DNA of 64,000 nt from the human T2T-CHM13v2.0 reference genome, Homo sapiens. Positions within the stretch are counted from its first letter, which is position 1, and the number at the start of each line of letters is the position of its first letter. The position numbers and the translations under genes are program-made. Shown one piece after another: positions 43,811-57,465 of this stretch. The DNA is taken from assembly GCF_009914755.1 (NCBI RefSeq), contig NC_060938.1. One strand, 5' to 3'. The notes beneath the pieces were generated by a model, which saw nothing but the letters and a program-made list of their open reading frames with translations, ran no database searches and was not told the origin of the DNA.

Positions 43811-46074
43811 TAAATATAAACATTCCCATAGTTATACTACTGGAGGCTATGCTTTTAGAAGTAGCAAAACCTTAGCTTTGATATAATCTCTAATTTATAA
43901 TTTTGGCATATAAATTCTCTATTAAATCCGGTCAGAAAATTTTAAATTTCAGTGTATCTCCTCTGAATCATGTATTTTTAGAAGAGTTGGATTCAAAGTT
44001 CATCTCCTATGTAGTGAGGTTTCTACAAACTTGTAATTATGTCTACCTGGTCAAGGGCAGACAGTAGACAGTGCTTCATGCAATCCACAATCTCTTATAT
44101 ATTTTTATTGAAGCCACCTAAAATCAGTGTCTCATCTACTAACCATAACTACGGCCCTCCTGTCACGCGCTGGGCCAACTGCCATTGCATTTCTAATCAT
44201 TGAATGCATGAATACTTTTTGCACAGGTCAGACATTTTCATTCCGCATTAGAGGTAACTTTGATGTGCACGCTTTTGACCCAAATGCAGAAAATAGGTCA
44301 TAGTAAATATGATAGTCTGCTCTACTTAACTTGGAAAAATATATTTATAACTATTCAAAACCACAGGGAACATTGCTCTGACATGAAATAAGCAAGATTT
44401 ACCTAGCCCAATGATTTGACTTATCTTTATTAGTCATTACAGGCCATTATCTCTAATACTAAAGGTTTATACAATTCTAAAGGACTCATAGCAAATATAT
44501 CCATAAGAAACCACTTAAAAATGTTTCCTATAGCCAAGAATCTTCTAAAGACTTTGCATTGAATCTAGGAAACACAGAGTTTATAAAAGGGATTTTAAAA
44601 ATGATCTTGGGATTCAACTTAAATCCCCATATCTAAAATATAATTTCAGATGAAGCCATTTAAAAAGCAATCATCTGGAAGCCTACTTTAGCTGCATTTG
44701 GGGTCTAGGATAGTGCCATTCACTCATCTGTGCATTGAACTTATACTGAGAGCCTATGGTATGCTTGCCACAGTATTCTACACTGGGATAAGTCAGGGTG
44801 TTCCCTGAAGTGCTCACAACTACTGCCCTAACTCCGAGTAGAAACTACAGCCCTCAGCTTACTGACAGACCTAACGTTAGTTTAGTTACTTCCTTTATGG
44901 TATTTATTTTTAGTGTCTGAAGCAATTTGCATTCACATTGAATCCAGACCCTGACCTCCGGTTAGTGTTATGAACTAACAAATTCTTGATTTACTCATGT
45001 ATAAATTGGATTGTGGAAGAAATGTATTTCTCTCTCTGTATTCCTCTCCCAGAGTATACTAACATATTGGTATATTCGGAATATTCTTTAAAGATACTAT
45101 GCATTTGTTGCTAGCTGATTAATCCACTCAAAAATAGCCTTAGTCTCCTACAAATAAAAGGAGGGCTACATAAGAACTATGGAAAGTCTTCCTGGGAATG
45201 TTTTTTAAAGTTAAAAGAATTATGTAACTACACTAATTCTTTATAAAATAAACATAGTTTTCTTTAGGGCTCTAAACAGTTTTCAAAGTTATAACTTCCA
45301 TCAATAAGGTACTGGATGGACTATTGTGTTGCTCTCCTGAGTTTCAGCCCTCTCCTGTGGTATTGGTTTTTTATCCTTCTGACCCAGACATACTGAGGAT
45401 AACTTCTCATTCACTTTGCATTATACTGCTTTTGGAAGCAACTGTGAAGATTAATATACGTACACAGTACATGTCCTTATGTGTATTATCAATCCAGAGT
45501 TATTTCAACATTAATGTTCAGCCTACTGAACAATAATTCCTAGTGTTCCCAAAAAGAGAAAAGAGAGAGTCCAAATTGTAATCTTATTTATTATCATTAT
45601 TCCTTTTATGCCTTTGACACAGGAATCTCATCTTCTTTTCTTATGAACAATCCTAGACTCCCAGCAATATTGCTTTATAAAGTGATAAATAAAAACTAAA
45701 GCAAAGAAATAAGACATTTGAGGTAAAATATGTATTTTATTCATTTCTCTTTCTTATAGGGAATTCTAAAAGTATCATTAAAATAATTTTAACACTTCTT
45801 TTAGTTCTTTATATTAGATTTTTTTGTGTCGGTTCATACATATTGAGAAAATAAATAAAATTGAGGTTAACTTTAATTCACATTATTGCCAGAAAAATTT
45901 ACAATAGATAAATTATACTAACATAAAGTGTTTATTTTTGTCAAGCCACAATTACATATTAAAGCTTTTTACCTAAGAAATTCTATATAATAAGCACATT
46001 ATCATTTTTTCAAATGAACAAACTTAAGCAAAAAATATATATATTTTAAAAGTTATCCAGGGGCGGTTATCCAG

Positions 46075-46175
46075 GGGCGGGCATGGTGGCTCATGCCTGT
46101 AATCCCAGCACTTTGGGAGGCCAAGGCGTGTGGATCACCTGAGGCAACAAGAACAAAACTATGTCTCAAAAAAAA
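46075..46175 (+). mobile_element. Internally deleted AluSq/Sp-like element (~100 bp)
   Basis: Left-arm 5' part (to GGATCACCTGAGG) fused to right-arm end (CAACAAGAACAAAACTATGTCTC-An); TSD AAAAGTTATC. Confidence 0.88.
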
Positions 46176-47330
46176 AAAAGTTATCTCAATCATTGATTGA
46201 ATTGGTCTGAACTACTCCTACTCTGTCAGAAAAAAAAAAAGCAAATAAAAATCCTCCTTCAAAGAACAATGTCTACATATTCAAAATATCTCTATTTTTA
46301 TATCAAACAATCAACATTATAAAAGGCAGAAAAAAGACATGAACTGACCAAAAGTAAGGAAAAGAGAGAAAATGGACAACAGAAACAAAATGACAGGAGA
46401 ACCAAATAATAAAATTAACATGTAGATATAAAAATAATTCATTTTGTCATGAAATTAAAGCACAAAATGAAGAATATTTAGACAATAACTAGAAAGTAAG
46501 ACAAGAATAAAATGGGCCTTCTCACAATGAAAAATACAGTAGCTGAAATTAAAAGCTAAATACTTTGTTTTAATAATCATATACATTGAAGATAATTAGA
46601 GAATTAGAAGACGGACCTGAAAAATTTATGCATACTGAGTAACAAAAAGAAAAAATGACGAACATTAACAGAAAAGATGTTGAGAAACATTCACTGTGCA
46701 AAATGATAAAAAGGTCTAAACCATATTTAATTAGAGGCCAAAAGGAAAAAGGAAAGAATGGTAATAATTGAAAATATAATTGCTAAGAATATTTTTAAAC
46801 TGGTTAAAGACACCAGGTTATAGGCTCAAGAAGTGCTACAAATTCCAAGCAGGATAAATATAAAGTGATACACAGAATGATAATAATAAAACTGATGATA
46901 ATGAAAGACCAAAAGAAAATATTAAGAGCAGCCAGAGAAAAGGCATATTACCTTCAAAGGAGTCTGGCAGCTAACAAATCAATGGAAACAATGAAAGCCA
47001 GAAAACAATCACATTATGTCTTTGAATGGTAAAACTACGGAACAGCCAATCAAGAATTCTACACCAAGCAAAAGTATTGTTCAAAAATGAAAATGAACTT
47101 AAGACATTTTTAGACAAACAAAACTCACATAATTCAGCATCACCTGATTAACAGCAAAAGAAATACCATAAGATGCTTTTAAGGCAAAGGAAATTACAGC
47201 AGATAGTAATAGGGAATGTATGAAAGAACAAAAGTAAATATAGTATTTGTGAGAGAAAATATAAATTCAAATTGACTGTATTTTTAAGTGACTGGTGAAA
47301 AGATATATATAAAATTAAAATATTCTACAA

Positions 47331-49705
47331 ATGATACTTTCAATTTCAAAATGGCAGCATAGAAACAACCTGGCTTCATTTTCCCTACCCCACACCGAAA
47401 ACTAAAAACAAATATACAGTGCCAAGATTAATACCAATAATATCTTAGAATGCAAATATGAGGATTAGGCAGTTTCCAGGGCCATAGAGAAGTGAAAAAA
47501 CATCAGGGCAAACAGTAAAAGAATTGGACATCCATATCTGTGACACACCTGCTCCCAATCTGCCCAGCAAAATGTATGTGAAAAACTTCCCCCGACTCAC
47601 TGCCTCTATACCAGAAAAAGTCAGATTGAGGTAGACAACCAGCTTCTCCATTATCTCGGGTTTTCTGGTAGCGATCTGTCCCTGCCTCAACCCATGGGAA
47701 TCATAGGGAACACTTGAAGGGAGAAATAACCCTAAGGACAGCCAAAGATAAAGGGAAGAGGCAAAACTATCACCCTCATCCCTGGCAACTCTGCTCTGCA
47801 ACTTGGACTGAGGAGAAGCCAAATAAGAGTGGCTGTTCAGCAGCACTATGCTGCAGGAAGTTTGTCCCAAAGATCCCCTGGACATGAACCCCTAGCCAGC
47901 CTTCCCAAACTACTGGAAAATGCCCTTCGATACCAACCCCATTCAGTACAGGCAGCACTTTGATTGTTTACTCTAATAAGTCAAACCCGGGTTTAAGGAA
48001 CCATCTAGTGCTGAAAAAGGAGGCATAAACCTAGAGGAAAACTAAGATAAAATCAATAGGTAAATTACAAAGAATCTCTAAGAAAACACATGCAATAAAA
48101 AATAAAACAAAGCCAGACAGAGAAGATTGAAATAAATAATATTTCAAAGATAAGACATAGACATACATCCATAAGAAACAACACAAACAAGGAACCATGA
48201 CCTCATCAAACAGACAAATCAAGGCACCAGTGATTGACCCTAACGAGAAAGTGAAAAATAAATATGTCCATGCATTTACAGTTAACTCATTTTCAACAAA
48301 GCTGCCAAGAACATACCGTTGGGGAAAGGACAATCTATTCAGCAAGTAGTGCTGGGAAAACTGAATAACCATATGCAGAAGAATGAAAGTAGACACGTAT
48401 CTCTCATCATACACAAAAATAAAATAGAAATTGGATAAAAGACTTAAATTTAAGACCTCAAACTATGAAACAACTAGATGACAATATTGGGTATACTCTA
48501 CAGGACATTGGTCTGGGCAAAGATTTCAATAAAATTTCAAAAGCACAGAGAATGGAAGCAAAAGAAGACAAAGGATTACATCAAGCTACAACGCTTCTGT
48601 GCAACAATGAAAACAACCAACAAAGTGAAGAGACAGCCCGCAGAATGGGAGAATATATCCACCAACTACCCATCTGACAAAGAATTAAAAACCAGAATAT
48701 ATAAAAAGCTCAAACAACTCAGTAAAAGAAAAAAAAAAGTCTGATTAAAAAAAAGGGGGGCAAAAGACTAGAATAGACATTTCTCAAAAGGCGGCACACA
48801 AATGGCCAACAGGCATATGAAAAATTGTTCAACATCACTAATCAAAGAAATGCAAATCAAATCTACAATGAGATACCATCTCACCCCAGTTAAAATGGCA
48901 TTTATCTAAAAGACATGGAATTGCAGATGCTGCTGAGGTTATGCTGATGGGAATGTAAACCCGGATAGCCATGATGGAGAAAAGTATAGAGATTCCTCAA
49001 AAAAACTAAAAATAGAAGTACCATGCAATCTAGCAATTCTACTATTGGATATACACCCAGAAAAGAGGAAATCAATATAATGAAGAGGTATCTACACACC
49101 CATGTTTATTGCAGCACTATTCAGAATAGCCAACATACAGAATCAACCTGTGTATATTAATGAATGAATGGATAAAGAAATCATGGTATATATACAAAAT
49201 GGAAAATCAGCCATAAAAATTAATTATATCTCGCCATTTGCAGCAACATGGGTGAAACTGGAAGTTACCGTGTTAAGTGAAATAAGTCAAGCACAGAAAG
49301 ACAAATATTGTATGTTCTCACTAGCACGTGGGAGCTAATAAAGTGGATCTCATGAAGATAGAGAGTAGATTGGTGGTTATCAGAAGCCAGGAAGGGTAGA
49401 AGGAAGTGGGAGATGAAAAGAGGTTGATTAATGGGTACAAATATATAGTTTGATAGAAGAAATAAGACCTCATATTTGATAGGTTAGTAGGAGAACTATA
49501 GTTTGTGATATCTGTTACATATTTCAAAATAACTAGAAGAAAATAATTTGAATATATCTAACATAAAGAAAAGACAAATAATCAAGGTAATAAATATCCC
49601 AATTACAGTGATTTGATCTTTATAAATAATGAATATATTAAATTTTCACATGTACCTTCAAAATATATACATCTATTATATATCAATAAAAATTAAAATA
49701 CATAT
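47331..49705 (+). mobile_element. L1MA4/5-type LINE with a large internal deletion (5' UTR and ORF1 start fused to ORF2 end and 3' UTR)
   Basis: 5' UTR start TTTCAAAATGGCAGCATAG; ORF1 start region (ACCATGACCTCATCAAAC...GGCACCAGTG) ends ~48250; then ORF2 C-terminal region and 3' UTR; TSD ATATTCTACAA (47320-47330, 49706-49716). Confidence 0.8.
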
Positions 49706-50096
49706 ATATTCTACAAGTAAACCACATAATTGGGAATTGAATAGTGTTCTAAAGCTCTGGCTTTATCTGAAACATGGGATAGTAAGTGTTCCTGTAGTAG
49801 TGATAAAGAATCAAACAACAGAGGAGAAAGCAGGAATAATTTTTAAAACAACTGACTGGTTCAACTGAAGGGAAGAAAGTAAAAGAAAAAGGAAAATAGA
49901 AAAAATGAAACCAAATTTAACATGTTACATATCAGTAAATGTATTAAAATTAAATTGAAACAATAATACATTATCACAGAAACCAATTATCATGCAGGAA
50001 ACAAAGTAAAATTCAATTATATACTGCTTGCAAGAAGCACAACATATATAAGTACACTAAAAGGTTAAAAGTAAATAGAAAAGTTATACCATGTAA

Positions 50097-50372
50097 GGCT
50101 GGGCGCGGTGGCTCATGCCTGTAATCCCATCACTTTGGGAGGCCAAAGCAGGCCGATCACTTGAGGCCAGGAGTTTGGGACCACCCTGGCCAATATGGCA
50201 AAACCCTGCCTCTACAAGAAATACAAAAATTAGCTGGGTGTCATGATGTGCACCTGTAATCCCAGCTACTCAGGAGGCTGAGGCAGGAGAATTGCTTGAA
50301 CCCGGGAGGCGGAGGTTGAGTGAGCTAAGATCACACCATTGTACTCCAGCCTGGGCAACAGAGGGACACAAA
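50097..50372 (+). mobile_element. AluS lacking its poly-A tail
   Basis: Dimeric Alu ending at CTGGGCAACAGAGGGAC. Confidence 0.92.
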
Positions 50373-50400
50373 GAAAAATTGTAACTTAAAGTAAGAAGTA

Positions 50401-50746
50401 TGTATTAGTCTGTTCTCATGCTGCTGACAAAGTCATACCCAAAACTGGGTAATTTATAAGGAAAAAGAGGTTTAATGGACTTACAGTTCCATGTGGCTGG
50501 GGAGGCCTCACACTCATAGCAGAAGGTGAAAGGCATGCTTCACATGATGACAGACAAGAGAAAAATGAGAGCCAAACAAAAGAGGTTTGCCCTTAAAAAA
50601 CCATCAGATCTCATGAGACTTACTCACTACCACTATTGCCCCCACGATTTAATTGTCTCCCACTGGGTCCCTCCCACAACATAGGAGAATTATGGGAGCT
50701 ACAATTCAAGATGAGATTTGGGTGGGGATACAGCCAGACCATATCA
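50401..50746 (-). mobile_element. THE1B/C solo LTR
   Basis: TGTATTAGTC...CAGCCAGACCATATCA; perfect TSD AAGTA (50396-50400, 50747-50751). Confidence 0.93.
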
Positions 50747-50920
50747 AAGTATAGCCAGGTCTAGAGAGAGCTTCTTCATGATGATAAAAGGCTCAGTAAA
50801 TCAAGAATATATGACAATACTCAGTTTGTTTGTATCAAATAAGATAGCCTCAAATCATATAAAGGAAACATTGACAGAAAATCAAGAACAAATTGAAAAC
50901 CTACAATTATATACAAAAAG

Positions 50921-51208
50921 TTTTTTTCTAGAGACAGGGTCTCGCTTTGTCATCCCAGGCTGGAGTGCTGTGCGTGATTAGCTCACTTGCCACCTCAAAT
51001 TCTTAAGCTCAAGCAGTCCCATCTCAGCCTTCTAAGTAGCTGGGACTACAGTCACATTCCACCATGGCCAATTTATTTTTGTATTCTTTGTAGAGACAGA
51101 GTCTCGCCATCTTGCCTAGGCTGGTCTCGAACTCCTTGGCTCAAGTTATCCTCCCACCTCAGTCTCCCAAAGTGCTAGGATTACAGGCATGAGCCACCAT
51201 GCCCAACC
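50921..51208 (-). mobile_element. AluJ
   Basis: Antisense Alu with J-type features (GAGACAGGGTCTCG, GCTCAAG in both arms). Confidence 0.9.
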
Positions 51209-51266
51209 TAAAAGATTTTTAACAAATCTCTTTTAGTAACAAATAAATCAGTCAAATTAAAATTAA

Positions 51267-51591
<325 letters not shown>

Positions 51592-52600
51592 TCAACAAGA
51601 CTTTAAATTAAACTAATTACACATACAGAACACTATACACTAAAATAAACATCTACAAATTAAAATTGTTTTATGTACATATAGGTACATTGCAAAGTTG
51701 ACCATATGCCAAATCATAAAACAAGCCTCAGTAAATTTCAAAGGATTGAAATTATACAGAGAATATTAGTTGACTTCTGCAGGATTAAGCTAGAAAGCAA
51801 TAACAATAAATAGAAAATACTTTAAATTGAATACGTAATAGTAAAAATATGAAAATGCCACACGGTGGGATAAACCTAAATCTGTTTGTAAAGGGGAATA
51901 CATAGCCTTAAATGTATGCATTAGAAAACAAGAAGCTTGAAAATCATACATTTAGGGATCTGCCTCAATAAATTAGAGAAGTAAAGCAACATTAAACTCA
52001 AAGACAAAAGAAAAAATAATACTTTAAAAATACAAGGTAACTGTAAAATACAGAGAATTGAAAAACCTAAAGTCTAAATAATAACAATATACATGTTACA
52101 AAATTAATCAATTTAAAAATTATAGAAAATACAAAACAAATATCAGGAATAAAAATAACTTCAGATCATATAATTAAGATGCAAGAGGTTATATGAAAAA
52201 ATGTTAGGCTCATAAATAGTAAAAATTTAAGTAGAATGGACAAACATCTTGAAAAATTCATTTTACCAAACTGGGCCCATAAAATAACAAAAAAGTTGAA
52301 CAGTAAAAAATTTTATAAAATAATTTAATCAGCAATAAAATTTTTCCTGCACAAATAAAACTCTAACCCAGACAGATTTAAACATGAATTCTCAAAACAT
52401 TTAATAAAAAGTAAATAATATCAATCTCATACAATTTCTCTCAGAGAAAACTAAAAGAGGGAATACTATTCTACCAGTTTCATGATAGTGGTATAAATTT
52501 AATATTATACCAAAAAAGGACATTACAATAAAACAGAGCAATGTTACAGGTTCTCTCTCATGGACACAAATTTTTTTTAATCCTAAATAAAATATTCAAA

Positions 52601-53700
52601 AATAAGAAAACCCTTGAGAGAGAGAGTGCCCAATGTAACAAAGCTATTAACATAATGAAGCAGAAACTGCAAGACCTTTATCATGCTGTCTTTAGTAGGT
52701 TAAGAGGTGATAAAGCTAGGCCAGTCACTACAAACCAATATGTTCTTCAGTGCAACCATAATGGAAGTATTTTGATTGAACCAAAAAACTGATGATCTCA
52801 GGCCACAAAAAGGAAACCCAAAAGGGAAAGAGAAAAAGTAAGAGAATAAATCGAAGATGAATTCCATTACGTGGATAAAGTAGTAATGTTCAGAAACTGA
52901 CTGTTTGGATCACAAACCATTGAAACTGCTTCAACTGTTACATCTTTAAGTGCTTCTACTTGAATCACTAGGTTAAAGCTACACTTTGATGCTTCTATGG
53001 AAAGATGTTTAGGACTTCAAGCATGTACTTGTGGGATGGGGAAAGCCTCAAATTTTCATGAAATCCTTCTGCATTGTACACAAAATTCTAAATAGTTATG
53101 TTCAAAGAATATAATAACATGAAAACATGATATGATTTTCCAGTCACTTTGACAGCTATGTTTTTTAGTAAAATGGTCACCTTAAAAAACAGCAAACATT
53201 GGGGATCTAATTATTTTAAGATGCATTTCATTTTTTATGACTTAAAATGCAAAGTAGACTTATATTCAGTTTGTTAGCTCTGAAGTATAGTGAGATTTTC
53301 AAGTTACTTAATTTTATGAATATTTAACTTATAATTTTTTCCTGTAGAAATAACTTTATGTTTGAATTTATAAAAAAAAAAAAACTTTTCCCTTTTGTAT
53401 AGAAATTTCAAGCAAATTTATTTTAGCAGTTTGGGGGCAGAGAAGTGTAATCACTGGTAGTTTAGGCCACAGGCCTCCCACCTGTAACCAGATAGAAAGC
53501 AGCTACCTGCATAGAGACACAGAACTCCTTTATGTATATTATTAAATCCATAGAACCCCTTGGAGTAGTAAAGACAGCCTGTAGGGATGGCCTCACAGTT
53601 GAGAAAACTGAGATCTCACTAAGCTCACCGAAACATTACAAGCCACACAAAGAAAAGAAAACAACAGTAGACGAAGAATCAACAGATGAACATACAAATT
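52601..53700 (+). pseudogene. NFE2L3: 5'-truncated processed pseudogene of NFE2L3 (NRF3, CNC-bZIP): leucine zipper/C-terminus at 52601-52841 plus 3' UTR
   Basis: Translation KKTLERESAQCNKAINIMKQKLQDLYHAVFSRLRGDKARPVTTNQYVLQCNHNGSILIEPK, then after a 1-nt frameshift LMISGHKKETQKGKRK, matches the NFE2L3 C-terminus as I recall it (ETLKREQAQCNKAINIMKQKLHDLYHDIFSRLRDDQGRPVNPNHYALQCTHDGSILIVPKELVASGHKKETQKGKRK). UTR-like sequence follows. The 3' boundary is uncertain (A13 at 53372-53384, or ~53700). Confidence 0.9.
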
Positions 53701-55603
53701 TTTTAACCAAAGACATTTGACTATTTGGACCTAACACATACCTACAAAATAATCCACGCAACAGAATATGCGTTCTTCTCATCTGCACTTGCACATTCTC
53801 TAAGATTGACCACATATGCAGCCATAAAGCAAGTCTCAACAAATTTAAAAAATAATCAAAATCTTACCAACCACACTCTCAGACTACAGTACAATAAAAA
53901 TAGGAATCAACACCAAGAAGATCTATCAAAACCACACAGTTACATGGAAGCTAAACAACCTGTTTCTGAATGACTTTGAGGTAAAGAAAGAAATTAAGGC
54001 AGAAATAAAAAAAATTCTTTGAATCTAACAAAAACAGAGATGCAACATACAAGAATATTTGAGATACAGCTAAAGCAGTATAAGAGGAAAGTTTTGAGCA
54101 CTAAATACCTACCTCAAGAAGTTGGAAAGATTACAAACTAACTAATTTCACACCTAGAGTAACTAGAAAAACAGGAGCAAACCAACCCCAAAGCCAGAAG
54201 AAGAAAAGAAATGACCAAAATTAGAACTAAACTAAACAAAATTGAGATGTAAAAATCCACACAAAAGATCAATGAAATCAAAAGTTGGTATTTTGAAAAA
54301 CTAAACAAGATGGATGACTACTAGCTAGATTAATTTTTAAAAAAGAGAAGTCAAATAAATACAATCAGAAACGAAAAGGGTGACATTACAACTAACCCCA
54401 CAGAAATGCAAAAAATTCTAAGAGATTATGAACACCTCTATGCACACAAACTTGAAAATCTAGAATAAATGGATAAACTCCTGAAAATACAAAGCCTCAC
54501 AAGATTGAATCAGGAAAAATACTGAAATGCTGAACATACCATTAATGAGCTCTGAAATTGAATCAGTGATAAAAACCTTACCAACCAAAAAAAAAAAAAA
54601 AAAAAAAGCCCCAGACAAGATGGATTCACAGCTGAATTCTACCAGATGTACAAAGAAGAGTTAGTACCAATCCTACCAAAATTATTCCAAAAAATTGAGG
54701 AGGAACTCATCCCTAACACATTCTATAAAGCCAGCATCATTCTGATACCAAAACCTGACAGAGACACAACAAAAAAAGGAAAACTTCATGCCAATATCCC
54801 TGATGAACAGACACAAAAATCATCAACAAAATACTAGCAAACCAAATCCAGCAGTTAATTTATCATGATCAAATAGACTTTATTCCTGGGATGCAAGGTT
54901 GATTCAGCATATAGAAATCAATAAATGTGATTCTTCACATAAACAGAAGTAAAAACAAAAACCCCATGATCATCTCAATAGACACAGAAAAGCCTTTGAT
55001 AATATTCAATATCTCTTCATGTTAAAAACCCTAAAGAAATTAGGCATCAAAGGAACATACCTCAAAATAATAAGAGCCATCTATGACAAACCCACAGGCA
55101 ACATCATACTGAATGGGCAAAAGCTGGAAGCATTCTCCTTGAGAACTGGAACAAGAAAAGGATGCCCACTCTCACCACTCCTATTCAACATAGTATTGGA
55201 AATCCTACCCACAGCAATCAGGCAAGAGAAAAAAATAAAAGGCATCCAAATAGAAACAGCAGAAGTCAAACCATCTCTCTTTGCAGATAGTATGGATGCT
55301 ATACCTAGAAAACCCATAGGTTCCACCAGAAAGCTCTCAGAACTGATAAACTACTTTAGCAAACTTTTAGGATACAAAAATCAGTGTACCAGAAGCAGTA
55401 GCATTTGTGTACACCAATAATGTCCAAGCTGAGAGCCAAATCAAGAATGAAATCCCATTCACCACAGCCACAAAAGAGAATCAAATATCTAGTAATACAG
55501 CTTACCAAGGAGGTGAAAGATCTCCACAATGAGAATTACAAAAACACTGATGAAATAAATCAGAGGTGATATAAACAAACGGAAAAGCTTCCATGCTATT
55601 TCT

Positions 55604-55842
55604 TTTTCTTTTTCTTTTCTTTTTCTTTTTTTTTTTTTTTTTTTGAGACGGAGTCTCCCTCTGTCACCAGGCCTCCCAAGTAGCTGGGACTACAGGTGCA
55701 CGCCCAGCTAATTTTTGTATTTTTAGTAGAGTCAGGGTTTCACCATGTTGGCCAGGATGGTCTCGATCTCTTGACCTCGTGATCTGCCTGCCTGAGCCTC
55801 CCAAAGTGCTGGGATTACAGGCGTGAGCCACCACTCCCAACC
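55604..55842 (-). mobile_element. AluSc-like with internal deletion in the right arm
   Basis: TCTGTCACCAG joined to GCCTCCCAAGTAGCTGG; flanked by TTC(C/A)ATGCTATTTCT. Confidence 0.92.
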
Positions 55843-56164
55843 TAGATTCAATGCTATTTCTATTAAACTACCAATGTTAATTTTTAACAGAACTAGCAAA
55901 AATTTTTAAAATTCATATGGAATCAAAAAAGATCCTGAATAGCCAAAGTAATCCTAAACAAAAAGAACAAAGCTGAAGGCATCACACTACTGATTTCAAA
56001 CTATTCAACGCAGCTACAGTAACCAAAACAACATTGTACTGGTACAAAAACAGTGTGACATAGACCAATGGAACAGGATAGAGAACCCAGAAATAAAGCC
56101 ACATACCTACAACTGCCTCATCTTTGACAAAGTTGACAAAAATAAGCAAGGGGGAAAGGACTAC

Positions 56165-56563
56165 TATATTAGGCCATTCTTGCTTTGCTATACAGAAAGA
56201 CCTGAGACTGGGTAATTTATAAGAAAATAAGTTCAATTGTCTCATAGTTCTACAGGCTGTATAGGAAGCATAGTGCTGGCGTCTGCTTCTGGGGAGGCTT
56301 TAGGAACCTTTCAACATTGTGGAAGGTGAATGGGGAACAGGCATCTCACATAGCTGGAGCAGAAGCAAGAGAGTGTGAAGGGGAGATGTCACACTTTACA
56401 ACAACCAGATCTCACAAGAAATCACTCACTATCACAAGGACAGCACCAGGCCATAGGGAACCTGCCTTCATAACTCACGCACCTCCCACCAGGCCCCACT
56501 TCCAACATTGGGGATTGCAATTTAACATGAGATGTGGCAAGGGCATATATTCAAACCATATAA
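56165..56563 (-). mobile_element. MST (MSTA/MSTB) solo LTR
   Basis: TATATTAGGCCATTCTTGC...TCAAACCATATAA; TSD ACTAC/ACTCC, with host L1 GGAAAGGACTCCCTA restored across it. Confidence 0.88.
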
Positions 56564-57103
56564 ACTCCCTAGTCAAAAAATGGTGCTGGGAAAGCTGGCT
56601 AGTCACATACAGAAGATTGAAACTAGACCCCTTCGATTCATCATACACAAAATTTAACACAAGATGGATTAAAGACTTAAATGTAATACCTAAAACTATT
56701 AAAAACTCAAAGGGAAAACCTATGGGAAACCATTCTGGACATCTGACTTGGCAAAGAATTTATGACTAAGTACCCAAAAGCAATTGCAACAAAAATAAAA
56801 ATTGACAGGTGAGACCTAATTAAACTAAAGAACTTTTGCACAGCAAAAGAAACTATCAACAGGGTAAACAGACAACTTACAGAATGAGAGAAAATAATGT
56901 AGTCATTCAAGAAAGTTCTAATATCCAGAATCTATAAGGAAGTTAAACAATTTATAAGCAAAAGACAACCCCATTAAAATGAGCAAAGTACATGATCAGA
57001 CACTTCTCAAAAGAAGACATACATGCAGTCAACAAATATATTACAAAATGCTCATCATCACTAATCATTAGAGAAATGCAAATTAAAACCATAATGAGAT
57101 TCA

Positions 57104-57465
<362 letters not shown>

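Noticed and set aside
47445-48414. 146-aa and 127-aa minus-strand ORFs
   Set aside because: Antisense of the internally deleted L1MA
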